DNA of 64,000 nt from Macrostomum lignano. Lineage: Eukaryota. The position numbers and the translations under genes were made by a program. Below the pieces are notes generated by a model. The model searched no databases. It was not told where the DNA came from and saw nothing but the letters and a program-made list of their open reading frames with translations. Where the stretch lies: positions 1 to 64,000 of the forward strand of contig NIVC01001788.1 in the NCBI GenBank assembly GCA_002269645.1. The letters are read 5' to 3'. This document shows, one piece after another, positions 1-10,968 of the stretch. Each line of letters opens with the position of its first letter. The first letter of the stretch is position 1.

Positions 1-465
1 TTCGTCTCTCACCCCACCGGACTCCTTCGACTGCCGGTGTGCAGGCAAACGGTCGACGTGAACGCAGGCGCCAATGGCGCGACGCCACTCGCAGCGCGCA
101 GCGGCTGAACTGCGCAACAGCCGGAGTGGCCGGGTCGGCCGGCGCGTCCGACTTCGCCGATGCCACCAGCGGCTATAACAGTTAGTTCTCTGTCGCTTGG
201 CAACGGTCGGTCAGCGAACCGGCCCGGGTTTTCGCGGAATCCTTCGACCCGTTTCTGCGGCACCAGCACGTGCAGGTCGCACACGGAGGCGGCAGCGCAG
301 CCCCAGCGCATCCGGTATTCCTGGAAACGGACCGGCCGGAATCGCGAAATCCGGCGAACGGAATTCGAGTTCGGGTCGACCCCGCGCCGGTCTCCATGGT
401 GGAGTGGCGCCGGCGTATCGCTAATGAGAAGCTGGCGGCAGTGTCTCGCATTTGAATTTGCATAG
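1..465. other. GC-rich, probably coding segment of an unidentified gene truncated by the window edge
   Basis: Exon-like GC content with several long open frames on both strands, but no recognisable domain. Frame and strand are unresolved. Confidence 0.25.
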
Positions 466-1182
466 AGAATTATAGCAGCAAATACATGTAGTAGAGCAGC
501 TACAAGTTGTTTATTATGTAAGTCTAGGCGCGCTAGCGCACAGGCTTTTATGCATACACGTCCAGCGTACATGCGCATACTGTTCCAGTAATTTTCCAGT
601 AATACATATAGAACTAAAACTCGTTTTGAATCTTTCTTTTGAAGATTTGACCTGCGACTTGTGAACCAGGCCCGCCCACCCCGGCAGGCCCCTCCCACTA
701 ACTAAGGTCTGCTGCGCACTGCAGCACAGGCCATAAATTCTATTCGCTGTTATGTTAATCGGATAGCCAGGCCTGTCCTGTCCTGCAAACGCGTGCTCAG
801 TAGCAAAAGCAGCAACAGGTGCTAAAGCATGCTGCGTGACAGATACTAGTAGTAGATATGGCGTGCCATTTATCTAACAACAGTCCTTTGATCATGTGAA
901 TAGCTTATCCAAACTATGTGCAGCTTACGGAATACCTGCGGATAGATCAATGCAATCCTTATACTGTATTCGGTAGGCGCCTATATGTATAGATAAGTAA
1001 TATAGATTAGATATCTAGCTTATTAGAGCTTGTTGTGGAATTTCCCCAGACGAAAACTACAGAAAATTAGGGCAGCCAATGGTTCAGTTAAAAGGGTTAC
1101 CGAGTACAGTAGCTATAGTCCTTGAAAATAGGTTGCAAGTTGTTTTAAAATAGAGACAGAATCTGTATCTACACGGCGTAAT

Positions 1183-1643
1183 CTAGGGGTCGGCAAACTT
1201 TTTTAACGTAAAGACCATGCGCCAGATATGAAATCTAAGCGCATGACTGCGGAATGGAAAAGAAAGGAGAACAGAGAGGGAACAGAAAATGGGAAGTTGA
1301 GAGGGAAGGAGAGAGGAGAGGAGATGAGAGGAAGAGAAGAGATGAGAGAATGAGAGATAAGAGGGGAGATGAGAGAGGAGAGTGGAGATGAGGGGAGAGA
1401 GGAGAGAGGAGAGAAGGGAGAGGAGAGGGGAGAGGGGAGAGAAGGGGAGGAGAGGGGAGAGATGAGAGGAGGGAGAGGCGAGGGGAGAGGAGGGGAGAGA
1501 AGACAGAAAAGATAAGAGAGCTGAGAAGAGACAAACCCTGAGCGGGCCGGATTGCTATTGTGAAGTTTCAAAGGAAGCGAGGGTCGGATAGAGAGAGTCG
1601 CGGGCCGCTAGTCGCCGCCGGACCGGAGCTTGCTGACCCCTGG
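1183..1643. mobile_element. hAT-like (Charlie-type) MITE with an internal purine-rich tract
   Basis: Left end ctaggggtcggcaaact pairs with right end agcttgctgacccctgg (imperfect TIR). Flanks ggcgtaat/cccgtaat form a degenerate 8-bp TSD. A GA-rich low-complexity tract lies at 1250-1530. Confidence 0.6.
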
Positions 1644-1979
1644 CCCGTAATACAACAGTCCTGTAAGACACTGTCAATGGCCTTATGTCTGTGTGCAAGG
1701 CTTATAAACAAATATGAAGAAGATTTAGTTCAAGTTTGTGTATAATCTACAACTGCTCGTACCATGCAAATGTGTATGGTGTATTCAAGCATGAATTTTA
1801 TTTCAATTCTTGTAAGGTAGCTGAGTGAACAATTTTAATACGATAAAATGCTTTTTCAATTAGTAAAATAATTAACATTTCATCGAAGAAAATAGCGATT
1901 GTGTCTTACTTTTGATAAATTAGTAGTATATATAGTACAGATCTGTGCTCACAGATCTTTGAAAGGCACGGTATGCATT

Positions 1980-3095
1980 AATTGAGTTTAGGGATGATTC
2001 TCAATTGAGTTTAGGGGCCATTCTCAATTGAGTTTAGGGATGATTCTCAATTGAGTTTAGGGATGATTCTCAATTGAGTTTAGGGGCCATTCTCAATTGA
2101 GTTTAGGGATGATTCTCAATTGAGTTTAGGGGCCATTCTCAATTGAGTTTAGGGATGATTCTCAATTGAGTTTAGGGATGATTCTCAATTGAGTTTAGGG
2201 GCCATTCTCAATTGAGTTTAGGGGGGATTCTCAATTGAGTTTAGGGATGATTCTCAATTGAGTTTAGGGATGATTCTCAATTGAGTTTAGGGGCCATTCT
2301 CAATTGAGTTTAGGGATGATTCTCAATTGAGTTTAGGGATGATTCTCAATTGAGTTTAGGGGCCATTCTCAATTGAGTTTAGGGGGGATTCTCAATTGAG
2401 TTTAGGGATGATTCTCAATTGAGTTTAGGGATGATTCTCAATTGAGTTTAGGGATCATTCTCAATTGAGTTTAGGGATGATTCTCAATTGAGTTTAGGGG
2501 TGATTCTTAATTGAGTTTAGGGATGATTCTCAATTGAGTTTAGGGATGATTCTCAATTGAGTTTAGGGATGATTCTCAATTGAGTTTAGGGATGATTCTC
2601 AATTGAGTTTAGGGATGATTCTCAATTGAGTTTAGGGATGATTCTCAATTGAGTTTAGGGATGATTCTCAATTGAGTTTAGGGATGATTCTCAATTGAGT
2701 TTAGGGATGATTCTCAATTGAGTTTAGGGATGATTCTCAATTGAGTTTAGGGGCCATTCTCAATTGAGTTTAGGGGAGATTCTCAATTGAGTTAAGGGAT
2801 GATTCTCAATTGAGTTTAGGGATGATTCTCAATTGAGTTTAGGGATGATTCTCAATTGAGTTTAGGGATGATTCTCAATTGAGTTTAGGGATGATTCTCA
2901 ATTGAGTTTAGGGATGATTCTCAATTGAGTTTAGGGATGATTCTCAATTGAGTTTAGGGCCATTCTCAATTGTGTTTAGGGGCCATTCTCAATTGAGTTT
3001 AGGGATGATTCTCAATTGAGTTTAGGGATGATTCTCAATTGAGTTTAGGGATGATTCTCAATTGAGTTTAGGGATGATTCTCAACTGAGTTTAGG
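1980..3095. repeat. 23-bp minisatellite (attgagtttagggatgattctca), ~48 copies
   Basis: Direct inspection. The unit contains the palindrome CTCAATTGAG and one TTAGGG. Confidence 0.95.
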
Positions 3096-3194
3096 ATGCT
3101 TCCGGCAGCAGATTAAGAAAGTGCCGTGTTGAAAGAAAACTTTTTCATCTAAGCGTTTATCAGCTTAAAATCAATCTTTTGAAACAAGAGCCGA

Positions 3195-6100
3195 TCAAGC
3201 TTCGAGTCCTAGTTCCTCCAGGCACTGGTCGATGTCCTGGTTCAGCTGAGCTGACCTGGCACCTCTAGGCAGGTGAGAGCGCACCTGATCGATAATGTCT
3301 ATGGTGTCGGCTTCCTGACGGTCGCGAACGCTGGCTGCGTCCTCCATGATTAGCAGGCGGAAATCCGACCGCGGCAGAACCTCGGACAAATGGCGGGCGC
3401 AGTACTCGGCGCACCTTGTTTTAATAAGAGATAGAGAGAGAGGAATGTCTGTTGCTGATGCTACTACTCGATAAGTAGTCTGCACAAGATACGGACAGGC
3501 GTATTTTTTACGAAATGCAGGACTTATCATACAGAATAGGGCTTTTATTGCACAGGGGATTTTAATAAATGGGACTTCAATGACATGGATTTCCGCAGAT
3601 AGGATTTTCCCGACTAGGATTTCCCAGACCGGTAGTTCTCTGGTAGGATTTCCCCGACTAGGATTCTCCTGACTGGGATTCCCCGACTAGGACTCTCCTG
3701 ACTGTGATTCTCCTGGCTGGGATTCCCCCGACTAGGACTCTCCTGACTGTGATTCTCCTGGCTGGGATTTCCCCGACTAGGACTCTTCTGACTTGGATTT
3801 CCCCGACTAGGACTCTTCTGACTGGGATTTCCCCAACTAGGATTCTCCTGAATGGGATTTCTCCGACTAGGATTCTCCTGGCTGGGATTTCCCTGACTAG
3901 GATTCTCCTGGCTGGGATTTCCCCGACTAGGATTCTCCTGACTGGGATTTCCCTGACTAGGATTCTCCTGACTGGGATTTCTCCGACTAGGATTCTCCTG
4001 GCTGGGATTTCCCTGACTAGGATTCACCTGGCTGGGATTTCCCCGACTAGGATTCTCCTGACTAGGATTCTCCTGACTGGGATTTTCCTGACTAGGATTC
4101 TCCTAGTCAGGAGATTTATTTATCTTAAATAAAAAGACCCTGACGATGTCCTAATGCAAATGGACGAAATGCATCGGCAACTCAAATAATACTTCATGTT
4201 GATATTTACCTTTATTTATCTACTCTTCATCAAGCGAGCCACTTTACCTGATTTCCCCTTTTAGGATTCCCCTGACTGGAATTTCCCCGACTAGGATTCT
4301 CCTGATTGGGATTTCCCCGACTAGGATTCAACGACTGGAATTAGGCGGGATTAGCATAGAGAGGCAAGACTCCCAAATAAAGCTCACCTGTCCTCCAACC
4401 TGGGCAGCCGCATCAGCCGGGACAGCCGCAGCACATCGGCCACATTGTCACAGTCCAGCCGAGTCTCCAGCCTGCCGGCGCACAGCCGCTTCAGTCCGGG
4501 CAGCAGCAACAGATCGGCGGCCGACATCAAAGCCAGAATAGCGGCGAAGCTGCTGGAATCGTCGAGGTCGTCGTCACGGCTGATGACCAGCTGGTCGCTG
4601 TACACGTAGGCCACCACGCTGGCCAGTTCGCCAAAGCTTAGGCAGCGAAGCCGGAGATGCCGGATACCGTCGGCCAGCCAGTCGGCGTCGCTCAGCTCGC
4701 TGTCGACAGCGGCTCGAAAATAGTCGCTACGGCCGCAGACGAAGGCCCGATGGCAGAGAAACTGACGGCTGGCGACGTCGGGGCTATCGACAGAATCTTC
4801 CGAGCTGGACTCGGCCTCCAGACAGAGGTCCGGGTAGCAACTGATGCGGTCTGACTCAGCCTCCGGCAGAAGGTGCGGCGGCGTGGCCTGATTCGCTAGG
4901 AATGCCAAGTCGCGTTTCACCTGTGAGTGACAAAAGCGTCCGATCGGTGAATGCGTGTGACTGGTGCAGAGGCTCACTCAGTGAATGTGTGTGAATGGTG
5001 CAGAGGCTCACTCAGTGAATGTGTGTGAAATAGTCAGAGGCTCACTCAGTGAATGTGTATGAAATAGCCAGAGCCTCACTCAGTGAATTTATGTGAAACA
5101 GCCATAGGCTCACTCAGTGAATGCGTGTGAAATAGCCAGAGGCTCACTCAGTGAATGCATGTGAATGGGCCAGAGGCTCACTCAATGAATGTGTGTGAAT
5201 GGTGCAGAGGCTCACTCAGTAAATGTGTATGAATGGTGCAGAGGCTCACTCAGTGAATGTGTGTGAATGGTGTAGAGGGTCACTCAGTGAATGCATGTGA
5301 ATGGTGCAGAGGCTCACTCAGTGAATGGGCAAGAGGCTCACTCAGTGAATGTGTGTGAATGGGCAAGAGGCTCACTCAATGAATGTGTGTGAATGGTGCA
5401 GAGGCTCACTCAGTTAATGTGTGTGAATGGTGTAGAGGGTCACTCAGTGAATGCATGTGAATGGTGCAGAGGCTCACTCAGTGAATGGGCAAGAGGCTCA
5501 CTCAGTGAATGTGTGTGAATGGTGCAGAGGCTCTCTCAGTGAATCGGCAAGAGGCTCACTCAGTGAATGTGTGTGAATGGTGCAGAGGCTCACTCAGTGA
5601 ATGTGTGTGAATGGACAAGAGGCTCACTCAGTAAATGTGTGTGAATGGACAAGAGGCTCACTCAGTAAATGTGTGTGAATGGTGCAGAGGCTCACTCAGT
5701 GAATGTGTGAATGGTGCAGAGGCTCACTCAGTGAATACACGGTACTTCAGTGGCCACCCACCTGGTCCATGTCCGGGTCCAGCACAATGGTGGTGACTCG
5801 CATCCCGGGCTTGGCAGCTCTCAGCCCGTCCAGTCCCGACTGTCGCTGCAGCAGCCGGGCCCAGTTCCTCCAGCTCGGTCTTGTCAGCCAGCCTGAGAAG
5901 ACTGTCGAGTCTATCCAGTCGGATCTCCACGCGGCCGGTGTACAGGTACTGCAGGAGGGCGCGGAACGAGTCCGAATCGATGCGCGGACTGCGAACTGAC
6001 ACCTGCGATAAGAAGAATAAAGAAGTGGATCCTATACAATAGGTAAAGAGGCAAGGGGCGGATCCTATACAATAGGTAAATCAGACAAGGGGCGGATCCT

Positions 6101-8986
6101 ATACAATAGGTAAATCAGACAAGGGGCGGATCCTATACAATAGGTAAATCAGACAAGGGGCGGATCCTATACAATAGGTAAATCAGACAAGGGGCGGATC
6201 CTTTACAATAGGTAAATCAGACAAAGGACGGATCCTATACAATAGGTAAATCAGACAAAGGACGGATCCTATACAATAGGTAAATCAGACAAGGGGCGGA
6301 TCCTATACAATAGGTAAATCAGACAAGGGGCGGATCCTATACAATCGGTAAATCAGACAAGGGGCGGATCCTATACAATAGGTAAATCAGACAAGGGGCG
6401 GATCCTATACAATAGGTAAATCAGACAAAGGACGGATCCTATACAATAGGTTAACAGACAAGGGGCTGATCCTATACAATAGGTAAATCAGACAAGGGGC
6501 GGATCCTATACAATAGGTAAATCAGACAAAGGACGGATCCTATACAATAGGTAAATCAGACAAAGGACGGATCCTATACAATAGGTAAATCAGACAAGGG
6601 GCGGATCCTATACAATAGGTAAATCAGACAAGGGGCGGATCCTATACAATAGGTAAATTAGACAAAAGACGGGTCCTATACAATAGGTAAATCAGACAAG
6701 GGGCTGATCCTATACAATAGGTAAATCAGACAAGGGGCGGATCCTATACAATCGGTAAATCAGACAAGGGGCGGATCCTATACAATAGGTAAATCAGACA
6801 AGGGGCGGATCCTATACAATAGGTAAATCAGACAAGGGGCGGATCCTATACAATAGGTAAATCAGACAAGGGGCGGATCCTATACAATAGGTAAATTAGA
6901 CAAGGGGCGGATCCTTTACAATAGGTAAATCAGGCAAGGGGCTGATCCTATACAATAGGTAAATCAGGCAAGGGGCTGATCCTATACAATCGGTAAATCA
7001 GACAAGGGACGGATCCTATACAATAGGTAAATCAGACAAGGGGCGGATCCTATACAATAGGTAAATCAGACAAGGGGCGGATCCTATACAATAGGTAAAT
7101 CAGACAAAGGACGGATCCTATACAATAGGTAAATCAGACAAAGGACGGATCCTATACAATCGGTAAATCAGACAAGGGGCGGATCCTATACAATAGGTAA
7201 ATCAGACAAAGGACGGATCCTATACAATAGGTAAATCAGACAAGGGGCGGATCCTATACAATAGGTAAATCAGACAAAGGACGGGTCCTATACAATAGGT
7301 AAATCAGACAAGGGGCGGATCCTATACAATAGGTAAATCAGACAAAGGACGGATCCTATACAATAGGTAAATCAGACAAGGGGCGGATCCTATACAATAG
7401 GTAAATCAGACAAGGGGCTGATCCTATACAATAGGTAAATCAGACAAAGCCGGATCCTATACAATAGGTAAATCAGACAAGGGGCGGGTCCTATACAATA
7501 GGTAAATCAGACAAGGGGCTGATCCTATACAATAGGTAAATCAGACAAGGGGCGGATCCTATACAATAGGTAAATCAGACAAGGGGCGGATCCTATACAA
7601 TAGGTAAATCAGACAAAGGACGGATCCTATACAATAGGTAAATCAGACAAGGGGCGGATCCTATACAATAGGTAAATCAGACAAGGGGCGGATCCTATAC
7701 AATAGGTAAATCAGACAAGGGGCGGGTCCTATACAATAGGTAAATCAGACAAGGGGCGGATCCTATACAATAGGTAAATCAGACAAAGGACGGATCCTAT
7801 ACAATAGGTAAATCAGACAAAGGACGGATCCTATACAATAGGTAAATCAGACAAGGGGCGGATCCTATACAATAGGTAAATCAGACAAGGGGCGGATCCT
7901 ATACAATCGGTAAATCAGACAAAGGACGGATCCTATACAATAGGTAAATCAGACAAAGGACGGATCCTATACAATAGGTAAATCAGACAAGGGGCGGATC
8001 CTATACAATAGGTAAATCAGACAAGGGCGGATCCTATACAATAGGTAAATCAGACAAAGGACGGATCCTATACAATAGGTAAATCAGACAAAGGACGGAT
8101 CCTATCCTATCCTATACAATAGGTAAATCAGACAAGGGGCGGATCCTATACAATCGGTAAATCAGACAAGGGGCGGATCCTATACAATAGGTAAATCAGA
8201 CAAGGGGCGGATCCTATACAATAGGTAAATCAGACAAGGGGCGGATCCTATACAATAGGTAAATCAGACAAGGGGCGGATCCTATACAATAGGTAAATCA
8301 GACAAGGGGCGGATCCTATACAATAGGTAAATCAGACAAGGGGCGGATCCTATACAATAGGTAAATCAGACAAGGGGCGGATCCTATACAATAGGTAAAT
8401 CAGACAAGGGGCGGATCCTATACAATAGGTAAATCAGACAAGGGGCTGATCCTATACAATAGGTAAATCAGACAAGGGGCGGATCCTATACAATAGGTAA
8501 AAAGGCAAAGTAGCTCACCTGACGCCGTCCGATCCATTTGCCGGAAAAATTGCGTTTAAAATACGGCGATCGGGCCATCAGCAGGCAGCGATGCGCCAGA
8601 AACTCCGAGCCATCGCACAGATTGAACCGGACATCGGCACCAGACCCTGTGGAGAATAGATTTCGCAGAAACTCCGAATAGGCATCTCTGCGCATTGAGT
8701 GAGCGGTGACAACGCTGGAGTCCAGCAGCATAGCCCGGATACGGTCAGTCAGGGCGCCGTAGACGCAGCGCTCGCCATCAAAAGTGCTAGCCTGACAGGT
8801 GGCGCCCTGCTGCAGCAGGTACAGCACAAGATCTTCGTGACCGCACAGGCAGGAATAATACAGCGGCGTCGAGTCCCACTGGTCGCGCACGTTCAGCTCA
8901 ACGTCGCGCTCCTCGACGAGGTATCGAACTCTGGCTAGGTCGCCTCGACGGCAGGACTGAAACAGGCTCTCAGTGTCTGATATCAT
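3195..8986 (-). CDS. ABTB1: Ankyrin repeat and BTB/POZ domain-containing protein 1, 4 exons (8986-8519, 6002-5762, 4920-4388, 3414-3195); exon 2 carries a +1 frameshift near 5860
   Basis: MISDTESLFQSCRRGD...RDQWDSTPLYYSCLCGHEDL (ankyrin), FRALLQYLYTG (BTB1), FLCHRAFVCGRSDYFRA (BTB2) and C-terminal DTIDIIDQVR match ABTB1 as recalled. All junctions are GT-AG. About 486 aa if one base is removed from exon 2. Confidence 0.9.
3600..4340. repeat. 15/30-bp minisatellite (gactaggattctcct / gactgggatttcccc) in ABTB1 intron 3
   Basis: Main block 3600-4110, short second block 4255-4340. Confidence 0.9.
4960..5740. repeat. ~34-bp minisatellite (gaatggtgcagaggctcactcagtgaatgtgtgt) in ABTB1 intron 2
   Basis: About 22 imperfect copies fill nearly the whole intron. 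Confidence 0.9.
6028..8500. repeat. 34-bp minisatellite (ggatcctatacaataggtaaatcagacaaggggc), ~73 copies, ABTB1 intron 1
   Basis: Fills intron 6003-8518 except for about 20-25 nt at each end. Confidence 0.95.
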
Positions 8987-9189
8987 CAGACTGCTCCGAT
9001 GTTTCTGGTCGCTAACTAAACCTGAAAGTTTCAGTTTTTCCAAAAACTAAGAATAAGAGCCAAGACTTGTTGACAGAATGCGATGGTTCCACAGCTTAGT
9101 TTTGCGCTTCATACTACTCGTATTTCGCAAGAACAGTAGTCAAAAGAGCAGCTATCTGATAACTAATTCCGATTAGTGACGATACTTAG

Positions 9190-10145
9190 TGAGATTCCCA
9201 ATGAGATTGGAGGGAGATTCCCAATGAGATTGGAGGGAGATTCCCAATGAGATTGGAGGGAGATTCCCAATGAGATTGGAGGGCGATTCCCTATGTATTT
9301 CGAGGGAGATTCCCAACGAGATTGGAGGGAGATTCCCAATGTATTTGGAGGGAGATTCCCAATGAGATTGGAGGGAGATTCCCAATGAGATTGGAGGGCG
9401 ATTCCCTATGTATTTCGAGGGAGATTCCCAACGAGATTGGAGGGAGATTCCCTATGTATTTGGAGGGAGATTCCCAACGAGATTGGAGGGAGATTCCCTA
9501 TGTATTTGGAGGGAGATTCCCAACGAGATTGGAGGGCGATTCCCTATGTATTTGGAGGGAGATTCCCAACGAGATTGGAGGGAGATTCCCAATGTATTTG
9601 GAGGGAGATTCCCAACGAGATTGGAGGGAGATTCTCAATGAGATTGGAGGGCGATTCCCTATGTATTTGGAGGGAGATTCCCAACGAGATTGGAGGGAGA
9701 TTCCCAACGAGATTGGAGGGAGATTCCCAATGTATTTGGAGGGAGATTCCCAACGAGATTGGAGGGAGATTCCCAATGTATTTGGAGGGAGATTCCCAAC
9801 GAGATTGGAGGGAGATTCTCAATGAGATTGGAGGGAGATTCCCAACGAGATTGGAGGGACATTCCCAATGCACTTGGAGGGAGATTCCTAATGAGATTAA
9901 AGGAAGATTCCCAACGTGATAGGAGGGAGATTCCTAATGTACTTTTAGGGAGATTCCCGATGAGATTAAAGGGAGATTCCCAATGAGATTGGAGGGCGAT
10001 TCCCAACGAGATTGGAGGGAGATTCCTAATGAGATTAAATTAAAAATTCCCAATGAGATTGGAGGAATTTCAAATGAACTTGGAGGGATTCCCAGTGAGA
10101 TTGGAAGGCGATTCCAATGAGATTAGAGTGAGATTCCAATGAGAT
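9190..10145. repeat. 23-bp minisatellite (gggagattcccaatgagattgga) upstream of ABTB1
   Basis: About 40 copies, degenerating toward 10145. Confidence 0.9.
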
Positions 10146-10968
10146 CGATTCTCCAGTTGAGAGATTTATGTCAATGATTAATTATCCTAGGATTTCCATG
10201 CAAAATCACTCATTGAAATCCGTCCTATAAACTGAGAAACAAATTATATGAAAATTGCTTAGCTTGGAAAAGCTCATTTTTGGTATTATAAATAACAATT
10301 AAGCTTAACTAAAGTTCGTGTTTATTCATTTTGCTAGTGACAAGAGAAGTTGACAGGACAGGACAAGACGGACAAACAAACAAACAAACAATAGAAGCAG
10401 ACAACGGCGGCAAAAAAGCGAATTTTGATGTTATAGTTAAATAAAAAATGCACAACTTTGCAAACAGACGCACAGAGTAGGTCTTTATGGTCTTTATTAA
10501 TCGATTTTGATTAATTAGAGCAGGTCTCGCAGAGACAGAAAAACACCGAATACTTATTATAAAATTGAAAACACGGGAATTTCGAATGATCAAGAATGAG
10601 ATATTGATATTAATGTTATCATATCAAAGCTGTTCAGTGCTCGTTGTACAATAATGCCTCGTACTAACTACATGAACTGTACTGCACAATAATAATCACT
10701 AATTATGCTAAAAAAACATTTACTAACAATCTAGATACGAGTTTCTGACCTGGAATTTTTTCGTAACAGACAAAACTGCAGTCAATATTAGCGAAATTTG
10801 AGCATTAGAGTGAATCTTTTGTTGCAGACAGCGCTATATAAATGGTGAGCAAATGAGCCGTAGAAAATTTCCGTCCAAAATTGCAAGTTTATGAAAATCT
10901 TTGTTTTGGCGAGTTACACAGCGCGAATCTTGTCCGAGTTCTTGTTCGAAATATTCTTAAAGCATCGT

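Noticed and set aside
9173-10006. Overlapping repeat ORFs, and similar ones at 3.6-4.1, 29.7-30.2, 47.6-48.3, 49.2-50.5 and 60.3-60.8 kb
   Set aside because: All are minisatellite translations, open in multiple frames and on both strands.
10309-10593. ORF ending in MNKHEL*, a possible alternative ER-retention exon for GRP94
   Set aside because: Its best acceptor (tcactag|c) is phase 2 while the GRP94 donor is phase 0. The KEEL exon at 10983-10969 fits exactly.
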